A program made the position numbers and the translations under genes. Below are positions 54,715 through 63,497 of a DNA stretch of 64,000 bases, piece after piece. Source of the DNA: Bacteroidota bacterium (lineage in GTDB: Bacteria; Bacteroidota; Bacteroidia; Chitinophagales; Chitinophagaceae); the NCBI GenBank assembly GCA_018267625.1, contig JAFDYC010000037.1, positions 21,736 through 85,735 of the forward strand, written 5' to 3'. The notes beneath the pieces are model-generated. The model saw nothing but the letters and a program-made list of their open reading frames with translations, made no database searches and was not told the origin of the DNA. Within the stretch, counting starts at the first letter, position 1, and every line of letters starts with the position of its first letter.

Positions 54715-55935
54715 TTATCCTGCATTCGCTTCTGAAAGGATACCCTGTTCTGATTCAAGGGATACAACTTCTCCTCCGGCAACTACAGTTCCTGGAAGAC
54801 GAATTCCTTTGTTGATGACGCTTTGTTTCGTTTTAAATCGGGAAGTGATAGTTGCAGCGGAATGCTGAGCATGGCTCCTGCGCAAATAGAGCAGCAAGGC
54901 ATAAAGCCCCAGCATAAAGACTAACAAAATAGCCAAAGCTGCATTGATATTAATGCCTTGCAAGCCAATGGCCAAAGCAGTAACTGCCACATTTGCTGCT
55001 AAAATCACGCCTACTGTCCGGGTATGAGACAGACCCAAGTCGAGCAGGTAATGATGCAGGTGGGTCCGGTCAGCATGAAAGGGTGAATGCCCCCGGGCAA
55101 TGCGCAAGAGAAAGACCCGGAAAGTGTCAAATACAGGGATGCAAAGGATAGCCAGTGAAATCAGGAAGACAGCAGAGGAAGAGCCAACCAAGGCATCAAT
55201 CGTCCCTCCCGGATGATAAGTGTTGATGCAGAAAATACTCAACATAGACACGACAAAGCCGATGATCAATGAGCCGGTATCGCCCATAAAAATTTTGGCG
55301 GGTGCTAAGTTGAAACGTAGAAAGCCTACTAAAGCTCCCGCCATTGCAAAGGCCATGACTGCTTCACTCAACCGACCATAAGCCGCCAGAAATAGCCCCA
55401 GCATCACAGTTATATACACACCGATGGTGCCGGCAAGCCCATCAATTCCATCTAGCAGGTTGAAAGCATTCGTCACGAAAATGCATCCAACAATAGAGAA
55501 TGGGATGGCAATGGAATCGGGTAGTTCATAAATCCCAAACAAGCCGCCTAAAGAATGCAAGCGCACGTCTGCAAACACAACCGTGATTGTAGCTGCCATA
55601 GCCTGTGCGATAAATTTCTTGGTCGGGCTGATTGCGACTAAATCGTCCTTCAATCCGGTGATAAACAACACCAGGCAAGCCGCGGCGAGGTAGTTCCACT
55701 TCAGGAAACCTAATGGCTCGATGAGTAATGCTGAAACCAGGAAGAAGGCGAAAAAGATTCCTACACCCCCCAAATTGGGAACTACGCGAGCATGAAGCTT
55801 GCGGTGATTGTCGGGCACATCAACAAGGTGTTTCCGTCTCGCGATATATATAATATTCGGTACGGAAAACAGGCTGATAATTAGTGCGGCAAAAAAGGCT
55901 AGGAAATAGGCAGCATAGGGGTTTAAGAAATACAT
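54715..55935 (-). CDS. MraY/WecA-family polyprenyl-phosphate N-acetylhexosamine-1-phosphate transferase
   Basis: NAFNLLDGIDGLAG and FMGDTGSL; multi-TM. The start is uncertain: ATG at 55935 is used, with alternatives at 55989 and 56046. Confidence 0.8.
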   Translation of the reverse strand: MYFLNPYAAYFLAFFAALIISLFSVPNIIYIARRKHLVDVPDNHRKLHARVVPNLGGVGIFFAFFLVSALLIEPLGFLKWNYLAAACLVLFITGLKDDLVAISPTKKFIAQAMAATITVVFADVRLHSLGGLFGIYELPDSIAIPFSIVGCIFVTNAFNLLDGIDGLAGTIGVYITVMLGLFLAAYGRLSEAVMAFAMAGALVGFLRFNLAPAKIFMGDTGSLIIGFVVSMLSIFCINTYHPGGTIDALVGSSSAVFLISLAILCIPVFDTFRVFLLRIARGHSPFHADRTHLHHYLLDLGLSHTRTVGVILAANVAVTALAIGLQGININAALAILLVFMLGLYALLLYLRRSHAQHSAATITSRFKTKQSVINKGIRLPGTVVAGGEVVSLESEQGILSEANAG

Positions 55936-56116
55936 TTTAAGAGTTTCATAGTTATAGGGTGCCGCAAAGATAGCTGAATAATTTGCCATTCGTATCTCGC
56001 ATTTAATAATTACCCGTGAACTACGGATTGAGGGGGCAAAATGCAATGAACACGCGGCTTTCCGAACAATGTAAACGTCAATGTCTCGTTATCTTCCGTA
56101 AAGAAAAATGACTTAG

Positions 56117-57700
56117 TCACCAACGCGTTATTTTGATTTCAATAAATAAACTGTTTGTGAATAAAATGGCTGCCCGAAGGGCTGTTTCACTTCGGTTGAA
56201 GCCTTTAGAAACACGAAATTCAGACATCACGAATGCTCCAGAGCAATCTATTTCTAACCCATCTGTAAGCAACTTATCCGCAGCTGCTTTTTGTAGGCTG
56301 ATTTGCGGGTGAAAATGAAAGTAGGCGCAGCTTTCCCCGGGAACAGCACCCGTCAATTCATCTTCTATGCGCAGTTTATCTTCTTGTAATAGAAAACGTC
56401 GGAGGTGCCTGCAGCCAGGATTCAGGGCGGGTTCATAGCATAACTCGAGCATTTGCTCTTCTTCGCGAAGCGAAAGCAACTTCGCCCTGCGCCCAACACG
56501 AAACGTCCGCCACATTTCGGACGAGTCCAGACCACCAATGGCCACTGTATTGTGTGCTGCCGAACTACGCTCTTCTGCTCGCCGGGCTCCGGGCTCATAA
56601 ATGGTCACACCCGTATCTACCAGTATAGGTTTCCCATGAACAAACAGGCAAAAACTGGCGATATCGGCATGGGCGTGGCCGGGTTGGTATGCGGGCTGAA
56701 TCGGCGCTGCATTGATTGCCAATTCAAAGGCACCGGCACGAAACATTCGGTAGCCTGACTCTTTGGGCAACATGGCCGGGGTCTTCAGTCCCAACGCCGC
56801 AGCATATGCCTGGATTGAAGCAAGTGCCGGTGCCATTCCTTCCGCCGAATCGTGAAACAAGGGCCAGGTACCATCTGAAAAGCTCATGGCTTCCAGCCAG
56901 CCCAGCATCTGCGCAGCTTTGTCGCAGAGCAGGGTCTGCAGGGTTCTTTCTTCATGTATTGGAATTGCCTGCAGCAGCTCGACACTCTGTAGGCAGCGCC
57001 ACAACAAGAGGCTATGATACATGAGGCTCCCTTCCACATGTGCTCCATCGGGCAAGACCTGTGTGTGCAGGCATTCGGTCAATAAACGGCTGCCTTTGTG
57101 AAACAAGCGTTCGTTTTGAAAAAAACTGCCAGAAGCGATCAATGCAAGTGCATTTTCAAAAAGATGGTTCCCGTCAAGATGGTATTCCGGAAAGCGGCAG
57201 AGCCAGTCGGCATTGGCGAACAACTGCCCTAGCAAGGCTTCATCCCTGATTCCGTATCGTAGTAAAAAACGAATCCAGGACATCGTCCGGAGCGAAATGG
57301 GATAGGCATCATGGCCAACAGGGTGACTTGGAGCAGAGGCATAATCACGCAGGGTTTCTAGACGCTCTTCCGGAGTTAGTGCTTCATCGTAGAGCCATTC
57401 GAAATAATTGAGGTGGTATGCCCAAAGCAAGCCATGTCCCCGAAAATTCCAGTCTGTTTTTTCATCAAAAACCTGTTCGATATTCAAGAATCGAAAGCTT
57501 TTTTCATGGGGTTTGTAGCAAGGGTTGGTTTCCAGCTCCCTGAGCGGGATAAAGTCTCTGCTCAGGGCTGCTTCTATATTTTTTCGGTGCACGTTGCACC
57601 TGCGCGAGCAAGCCATGGCTAAGGGCCGCCAAAGCAAATACACGTACTGCCGGGGCTTCAGGTGGCGCAGCGTATGGTACCAGGTGAGCAGGCTGGGCAT
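56117..57700 (-). CDS. Heparinase II/III-like family protein (polysaccharide-locus type)
   Basis: The N-terminus TWYHTLRHLKPRQYVYLLW is typical of this family in capsule/O-antigen loci. 527 aa. The call is from memory of the family. Confidence 0.55.
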   Translation of the reverse strand: MPSLLTWYHTLRHLKPRQYVYLLWRPLAMACSRRCNVHRKNIEAALSRDFIPLRELETNPCYKPHEKSFRFLNIEQVFDEKTDWNFRGHGLLWAYHLNYFEWLYDEALTPEERLETLRDYASAPSHPVGHDAYPISLRTMSWIRFLLRYGIRDEALLGQLFANADWLCRFPEYHLDGNHLFENALALIASGSFFQNERLFHKGSRLLTECLHTQVLPDGAHVEGSLMYHSLLLWRCLQSVELLQAIPIHEERTLQTLLCDKAAQMLGWLEAMSFSDGTWPLFHDSAEGMAPALASIQAYAAALGLKTPAMLPKESGYRMFRAGAFELAINAAPIQPAYQPGHAHADIASFCLFVHGKPILVDTGVTIYEPGARRAEERSSAAHNTVAIGGLDSSEMWRTFRVGRRAKLLSLREEEQMLELCYEPALNPGCRHLRRFLLQEDKLRIEDELTGAVPGESCAYFHFHPQISLQKAAADKLLTDGLEIDCSGAFVMSEFRVSKGFNRSETALRAAILFTNSLFIEIKITRW

Positions 57701-57758
57701 AAAAAAATCAGGCTCCCAAATTTATCCACCCTAACCGGCCTTGCGGGGTCGGACACAT

Positions 57759-58676
57759 TCATCCGACCATTTGTTGCGCGAAGACATAGATATTAAAGTT
57801 GGGTTGGCGCATGGCTTCCTGTAATTGCAGCAGCAGCGCTTTTTTACTGAATGGCTTCATTCGTTCAGACTGGATCAGGCGATATACTTTTTCAACTAAA
57901 AAATATTGCTGTCGCTCTGTCAAGTGGCTCTGGGTATTGAGCTGATGTGTGATGGCTGCCGCCAGTTCCGACACCCCTTCTTCTTTGCCGGCAATGGTTT
58001 TCAGGACGGGTGTTTCCGGGACGCCATTAGCTTTTTGGTGTGCCAGGATGCGCAGGTTTTGCCAGAGTTTATCCGCTTCGGGTCGGTCGGCTTTGTTCAC
58101 CACAAAGACATCTGCAATCTCGAGCAAGCCAGCTTTCATGGTTTGAATCATATCGCCAGCCTCCGGCACCAGGGTCACTACGGTGCAATCGGCCAGTCCG
58201 GCAATTTCCACTTCGCTTTGCCCTACACCCACCGTTTCAATCAAGACATAATCGTAGCCTGCTTCTTTGACCACATCTGCGATTTCAAAAATGCGGGGAT
58301 GTAAACCGCCCAAAGCGCCCCGGCTGGCCAACGAACGAATGAAAACATCCGGATGATCATAGAAACGGGCCATACGAATTCGGTCGCCGAGCAAGGAGCC
58401 AAAATGAAATGGAGAACTGGGATCTACCGCCAGCACGGCTACTTTTTTTCCTTCGTTGGTCCAGATGTTCAGAAGGGCATTCACTAAAGTGCTTTTTCCG
58501 GCTCCGGGCGGGCCGGTAATGCCGACCAATCTGGGCACCTGAGCATGCAGCAGTGATTGCAGCAACAAGGGAGATCCAGGCAAGTCATTTTCAACAAGGG
58601 TGATGGCACGCGCCAAGGCCCTTTGCTCGCCCGCCCGAAGGCCTATTACTAATTTCTGAACGTCGGGCGGGAGCAC
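57759..58676 (-). CDS. meaB: MeaB/ArgK-type G3E GTPase
   Basis: ALARAITLVEN, P-loop GPPGAGKSTL, ETVGVGQSE and VVNKADR. The track start is a TTG at 58745 that overlaps the divergent gene. I use the in-frame GTG at 58676, but the start is uncertain. Confidence 0.8.
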   Translation of the reverse strand: MLPPDVQKLVIGLRAGEQRALARAITLVENDLPGSPLLLQSLLHAQVPRLVGITGPPGAGKSTLVNALLNIWTNEGKKVAVLAVDPSSPFHFGSLLGDRIRMARFYDHPDVFIRSLASRGALGGLHPRIFEIADVVKEAGYDYVLIETVGVGQSEVEIAGLADCTVVTLVPEAGDMIQTMKAGLLEIADVFVVNKADRPEADKLWQNLRILAHQKANGVPETPVLKTIAGKEEGVSELAAAITHQLNTQSHLTERQQYFLVEKVYRLIQSERMKPFSKKALLLQLQEAMRQPNFNIYVFAQQMVG

Positions 58677-58721
58677 TAAAAAATATCTTTGGTCGTTTTT
58701 GTAGCAACTTTCTGAAGGCGC

Positions 58722-59981
58722 GTGAGCAAAAGTAAACTTCCCCAATTGCCTGCAGGCCTGCGCCTGAATCTTGCATTAATAACCCTGCTGGCAATGATTG
58801 GCGGCATGTTGGTTTCCCGCTCGGTTGCCTCTATTAGCATCATGCTGTTTGGCCTTGTGGCCTTGTGGGGTATTCATCCCAAAGAATGGTTGCGGCAACG
58901 CTGGTGGTTGCTGGGGCTGGGCTGGATTGCGCTTTATGCCCTTTCCTGGTTTTGGACCACCGACAAAGCAGAATGGAGTGCCCATCTTCAGGTGAAATTG
59001 CCCTTTCTGTTATTGCCTCTGGCATTTGGGTTTTTACCCCGGTTTTCTGCACAGCACGGCAGGGTGTACACCTGGGCACTGGCAGCCATGATGCTGGCGG
59101 GTGCGGGCTATACAATGAGCTTTTTCCTGCACGGAAATGTGCATGGACTGATTGACCAGTATAAGTATGCCCATGTGTTGGCCACACCGATGGAGAATGA
59201 CCATATTTCTTTTTCGGCAGCCGTGGCCCTGAGCATCGCCTGGATTGTCTATTATCTACCCAGGATTCCGAATGCCTGGGAGCGGATAGTTCTGGGCTTT
59301 GCTGCTTTGCTTCTGGCTCTTTACCTGCATGTGCTGGCTGCCAAAACCGGCCTGGTTGCCTGCTATATACTGATGCTGGGGCTGGCTTTTTTTTGGCTAA
59401 AGAAAGACTGGCGCAAAGGCTTGTTGGTGCTGGTGCTGATTGCCGGATTATTTGTGCTGGCTTATGCAACGATTCCTACCCTTCGCGAACGTATAGGCTA
59501 TAGTTGGGTCACCTGGCGGGCAATTCAGTCGGGTGAGCGCACGGGGGTGTACAGCGATGCCGGCCGTTTATTTTCTTATGATATCGCCTTGCGGCTAATT
59601 GCAAAAAACCCATTGTTCGGTGTGGGCTCAGGCGATGTGCTGCATGCCATGGGTAAGGGTTATGCACAGTGGTATCCGGAGGTGGCGAAAGCACAGCAAC
59701 TATGGCCCCACAACCAATGGCTCACCTGCGCCCTGGCTGCAGGCATTCCCACAGCCTTGCTCTTTACGCTCTGGCTGTTCTGGCCGCTTCTACGCACAAA
59801 ACCTGGCCGGGATGCTGCTTTCTTTAGGATTGTCTGGTGCATGCTGCTGGTGCCGCTGATGGTGGATGCTATTTTGGAAGTACAGTTTGGGGTCGGTGTA
59901 TTTTTAATCTTCCTGCTGGTGCAGTACAATCAGCTTGATGCAACGACCGATCGGATCACATCCAATAGTTCCTTTCCTTGA
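58722..59981 (+). CDS. O-antigen ligase-like (Wzy_C) polytopic membrane protein
   Basis: About 10 TM helices. The periplasmic loop ...LWPHNQWLTCALAAGIPTALLF is typical of O-antigen ligase/polymerase family members. The start is a GTG at 58722, or an ATG at 58794. Confidence 0.6.
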   Translation: MSKSKLPQLPAGLRLNLALITLLAMIGGMLVSRSVASISIMLFGLVALWGIHPKEWLRQRWWLLGLGWIALYALSWFWTTDKAEWSAHLQVKLPFLLLPLAFGFLPRFSAQHGRVYTWALAAMMLAGAGYTMSFFLHGNVHGLIDQYKYAHVLATPMENDHISFSAAVALSIAWIVYYLPRIPNAWERIVLGFAALLLALYLHVLAAKTGLVACYILMLGLAFFWLKKDWRKGLLVLVLIAGLFVLAYATIPTLRERIGYSWVTWRAIQSGERTGVYSDAGRLFSYDIALRLIAKNPLFGVGSGDVLHAMGKGYAQWYPEVAKAQQLWPHNQWLTCALAAGIPTALLFTLWLFWPLLRTKPGRDAAFFRIVWCMLLVPLMVDAILEVQFGVGVFLIFLLVQYNQLDATTDRITSNSSFP

Positions 59982-60616
59982 CCCATTTCATCCCCATATT
60001 TCCGTTGCGTATTGTCGTCTTCCCGGGCGAAGCGCTCAACCTGCACATCTTCGAACCCCGTTACCGGCAGCTCATCCATGAATGTCTTGAAGAGAAAAAA
60101 CCTTTCGGAATTCCCCCGGTGATGGAGAAAGACCTGCAACACCTGGGCACGCTGATGGAATTGACGGAACTGGTAAAAGAATACCCAGATGGCAGGATGG
60201 ACATTCGTACACGCGGCCTCTCTGTGTTTCGCGTGCTGCACCGCGTAGAGGAAGTACCGGAAAAGCTCTATGCGGGCGCCATAGTTACTTACCCGGATAA
60301 TGTGATCGAAACAGGGAGAAGTATGCTGGCGCAAAAGATTATTGCCGAAGTGCAGCGCCTCTATGAGTTGCTCAATGAGCGCGACCGTTTCCCGGAGGGC
60401 CGAGCCCTTAATTCCTACGACCTCGGCCACCTCGTGGGCCTGAGCCTACAGCAGGAATATGAATTGCTGGGCATCTTCACCGAGATACAACGCTTAGAAT
60501 ATCTGCGCCGCCACCTCAGCAACATGGTGCCCGTTATTCAGGAGCTGGAAGCCATGAAAGCCCGAATCCGGCGCAATGGACACTTCCAAAACCTTTCCTT
60601 GGGCGGAGAAGGCTGA
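59978..60616 (+). CDS. LON N-terminal substrate-binding domain protein
   Basis: IPIFPLRIVVFPGEALNLHIFEPRYRQL is the Lon N-domain signature. TTG start overlapping the preceding stop. Confidence 0.7.
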   Translation: MTHFIPIFPLRIVVFPGEALNLHIFEPRYRQLIHECLEEKKPFGIPPVMEKDLQHLGTLMELTELVKEYPDGRMDIRTRGLSVFRVLHRVEEVPEKLYAGAIVTYPDNVIETGRSMLAQKIIAEVQRLYELLNERDRFPEGRALNSYDLGHLVGLSLQQEYELLGIFTEIQRLEYLRRHLSNMVPVIQELEAMKARIRRNGHFQNLSLGGEG

Positions 60617-60791
60617 CAAAAGGTATCATCGTTCAATAGCTTTCAGCCTCGGCCAGCCCTATGCTGCTCTTTGCTTGGGCCTAATAGCCAGGTTTTTTTC
60701 GACCACTACTTGCCGAACGAAACCCTAACATTTCTTTAAGAATTCCCGGAAATGCTTTTGCAAGTCCAGAAACAGACTCAATCCTTGAATT

Positions 60792-62099
60792 ATGTCCCGC
60801 TTACGCACCAATCTTCGGTTCCTGTTCCTCGGCCTTTGCCTGAGCCTGGGAGCCACTGGTTGTGCTACGGCGCAAGGTTATCCGGATGATACCTATGGCG
60901 ACCGTGGCAGCTATCAGACCTTTTACGATGAGCTCTCGCCCTATGGGCAATGGGTTACTGACCCGAGCTACGGCTATGTGTGGGTGCCCGATGCCGGTGA
61001 CGACTTCCGCCCATACTACAGCAATGGCTATTGGGTGAACACCGAATATGGCAACACCTGGTATTCTGAATATCCCTGGGGCTGGGCCCCCTTCCACTAT
61101 GGCCGTTGGACCTACAGCCCGTATTACGGCTGGATTTGGATTCCCGGCAATGTGTGGGGCCCTGCCTGGGTGAGCTGGCGTTCCGGTGGTGGTTGTTATG
61201 GCTGGGCTCCTTTAGGCCCTGGTATCAGCATCAGTATGTCGTTTGGCAGTGGTTACTACGTGCCCGACTATTGGTGGGTGTTTACGCCGCAGCAATACAT
61301 CCTTAACCCAAGATTCCGGAACTATACCTATGGCCCACGCTACAACCCGCGCTATGTGCAGCAAACTACCATTATCAACAACACCTACGTGTATAACCAC
61401 AACACGTATATCAGTGGGCCTCGCCGGGGCGATATGGAACGTGCCACCGGACGCACCATTACACCAGTAGCCATCAACAATTCCGGCAGGCCTATGGGCG
61501 CAGAACTGCGTGGGAATACCCTTAGCATGTACCGCCCGAACATTGCCGAAGCCAGTCCGAGGCAAACGGAACGTCCCCGGAATTTCGAAGCCGCCCGTGG
61601 CCCAATCAATTCCTCCGATGCCCGCAACCGCCCCATGGTGAATACTCCGAATAACAGCCTGCAACAACAAAGTTCCACCCGCCAGGACCTGAGTTCCGGC
61701 ATGAGGAACCAGGCGGGGCAAATAAGCCCCAGCGAGCCTGCCCAGGAACGTCCAAGGATGGACCCGGTCATGCAGGTGCCCCAACAGCGCCAGCCGGCTC
61801 AGCGCGACAACAACTGGAATAGCCCAGCCCGCCAGGAAACGCCCATGCAGCCGCAGCGTCAGAACATAGACAGGGGCTTTAACAGCCAGCCGCAGCAGGT
61901 GCAACGCCCGCAACGCATGGAGTCGCCCGCTTCTGGCCCTTCATTTGAACGGATGCCCGACATGCAGCGCCCGCAACAAATGGAAGCTCCTCGTCCGGCA
62001 CCTAGCTTCGAACGCCCTCAGAGGATGGATAACCCCAGGCCCGAACGTACGGAACGAGCAGAACCACGCGGAAATAGTGCAAGTCCCTTCCGGCGTTAA
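60792..62099 (+). CDS. Lipoprotein with Trp/Tyr/Gly-rich (WxxGxW-type) N-domain and a Q/P/R-rich repeat tail (DUF6600-like)
   Basis: Lipobox LGATGC, then YGYVWVPD...YPWGWAPFHYGRWTYSPYYGWIWIPGNVWGPAWVSW. The tail has QRPQRMESPASGPSFER / QRPQQMEAPRPAPSFER repeats. Confidence 0.55.
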   Translation: MSRLRTNLRFLFLGLCLSLGATGCATAQGYPDDTYGDRGSYQTFYDELSPYGQWVTDPSYGYVWVPDAGDDFRPYYSNGYWVNTEYGNTWYSEYPWGWAPFHYGRWTYSPYYGWIWIPGNVWGPAWVSWRSGGGCYGWAPLGPGISISMSFGSGYYVPDYWWVFTPQQYILNPRFRNYTYGPRYNPRYVQQTTIINNTYVYNHNTYISGPRRGDMERATGRTITPVAINNSGRPMGAELRGNTLSMYRPNIAEASPRQTERPRNFEAARGPINSSDARNRPMVNTPNNSLQQQSSTRQDLSSGMRNQAGQISPSEPAQERPRMDPVMQVPQQRQPAQRDNNWNSPARQETPMQPQRQNIDRGFNSQPQQVQRPQRMESPASGPSFERMPDMQRPQQMEAPRPAPSFERPQRMDNPRPERTERAEPRGNSASPFRR

Positions 62100-62123
62100 G
62101 CCAAGCATTTGATCGAACTATAA

Positions 62124-62154
62124 GAAGTTGCCTCAAGGGGCAGCTTCTTTTTTT
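62124..62154 (+). terminator. Intrinsic terminator
   Basis: gaagttgcc / ggcagcttc stem (one G-U pair), short loop, then T7 (62148-62154). Confidence 0.7.
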
Positions 62155-62318
62155 ATGATCTCTTCTTTTTGGCTTCATCGTCCTGATGGAGCTTCGGTTG
62201 CAGCCTGCCCTGAACGTATTTCGGGATGGCACCTGGCGGGGCCTGTGTAGGGATTTAGCTTTTTGCGTGCCATCTGGAGCCTTGCCTTTTCCGGGAACTG
62301 CTGAGCTGTGAATTATTG

Positions 62319-62339
62319 CTGAAGGGAGCGTCGCAACGG
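62319..62339. repeat. 21-nt exact repeat, copy 2 (ctgaagggagcgtcgcaacgg)
   Basis: Identical to 20588-20608. It lies in a 214-nt ORF-poor spacer between a plus-strand and a minus-strand terminator. Confidence 0.9.
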
Positions 62340-62368
62340 ATGCCGGGTTGTGAATTGGAGCTGGTAAC

Positions 62369-62407
62369 AAAAAAAAAAAGAGCAGCCCTGAAATCTTGAG
62401 GCTGCTC
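62369..62407 (-). terminator. Strong intrinsic terminator of the 127-aa gene
   Basis: Perfect 8-bp stem gagcagcc (62380-62387) / ggctgctc (62400-62407). On the minus strand it is followed by U11 (plus-strand A11 at 62369-62379). Confidence 0.85.
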
Positions 62408-62454
62408 CAATGTCTTTTTTAGTCCCGGCACAGAGTGGTAATGTGCCGGAGGGA

Positions 62455-62838
62455 TTAGGTTCGTTGCACCTGTTTCAGTCCGTGGTCATTGTAGGACATT
62501 TCGGTCACTTCGAGCTGGCCGGTCATGAGTTGACGAACATAGAAGTGGAAGGCATAACCACCATTATCGCGACCGGTGAAGTGCAGTTTGAAGCCGCCAC
62601 CGCGTGCGTTTTCCGGCTGGTGTGCGCCTTGCTCGATGGTGACTATACGCCGGTCGAAGGGGTCGCAGGCAATGGTGATAAACTCTTTGCACCAATGATC
62701 ATTGAAATGGCCTCGGGCACCGGCGATTGCATTGTTGATGGCATTTTCGTTGAACTGATTTACGAAAACCTGGTTTGCGGTGCGCAGCCAGTTTCTGAGT
62801 TCAAGGTTCCAGTTGGGGCATATTTCACCATTAGGCAT
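62455..62838 (-). CDS. Hypothetical cytoplasmic protein, no family recognised
   Basis: Track ORF MPNGEICPNWNLELRNWLRTANQVFVNQFNE...GGGFKLHFTGRDNGGYAFHFYVRQLM... 127 aa with no signal peptide. It is a monocistronic unit with a strong terminator. Confidence 0.55.
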   Translation of the reverse strand: MPNGEICPNWNLELRNWLRTANQVFVNQFNENAINNAIAGARGHFNDHWCKEFITIACDPFDRRIVTIEQGAHQPENARGGGFKLHFTGRDNGGYAFHFYVRQLMTGQLEVTEMSYNDHGLKQVQRT

Positions 62839-62999
62839 GGGTTTTTTTGCCCTTTAAAGGTATCGTCTAAGAAGTGTCAGCAAACAAAGGATAGCAACAC
62901 AGGGCTTTCCCGAAGGGGCTATGAGTATTACGGGAAGAATGCAGCTAATGCAGGAGTTCCGAAGGCTGCTGCATGAAGTATTGCCGCGGTAGGAAAGCC

Positions 63000-63335
63000 T
63001 TAAGCCTGTTTTTCGGGGCCTTTTTTGGGGCGCATCAGGATGGCGTAGGCCTCGATGCCAAAGCCGATCAGGATGACGATGGGTGCCAGTGTGATACGGC
63101 GGAAAGAGTATATCTCATCGTAGAGAAACTGGTGTGGGTCCGGGCTTTTGCCGCCCGACATTAAGGCGAAGCCTAGAATGATACAAGCCATGCCGATGCC
63201 CATCCAGATGAAGTTGCTCTTGTCAAACAGAAAGACCTGATTGCCACGCGGAGCAGAAGGAGCCGATGACTTGCGGGAAATGGAGCTTTTTGCTGTGCTG
63301 CTGGAATAGGCTGTGTGGGAAGTGGACTTGGCCAT
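63000..63335 (-). CDS. DUF3098-like small membrane protein
   Basis: FLFDKSNFIWMGIGMACIILGFALMSGG...IYSFRRITLAPIVILIGFGIEAYAI. It sits downstream of ftsX, as is usual in Bacteroidota. Confidence 0.7.
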   Translation of the reverse strand: MAKSTSHTAYSSSTAKSSISRKSSAPSAPRGNQVFLFDKSNFIWMGIGMACIILGFALMSGGKSPDPHQFLYDEIYSFRRITLAPIVILIGFGIEAYAILMRPKKGPEKQA

Positions 63336-63497
63336 AGTGAGGGCAATATTAGGGGCTTCGGTGAAAATCTGAGTCAGGAGCGGAGCGGTGTTGTTGCTTG
63401 CCGTTGGGGAGGCCCGAAAAATTTGAATTAGATTTTAGAATGCACCTGAGCTTAGAATTGAAAAGGCTTATGGGCATTTCTGAACGAGACTAAATGC

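Noticed and set aside
58840-59469. 209-aa ORF antisense to the O-antigen-ligase-like gene.
   Set aside because: It is a shadow ORF. The sense frame encodes a coherent multi-TM protein, while the antisense product is Pro/Ser/Arg-rich with no structure.
61212-61913. 233-aa ORF antisense to the WxxGxW lipoprotein gene.
   Set aside because: It is a shadow frame of a compositionally biased (Q/P/R codon-rich) gene, with no motifs and no independent signals.
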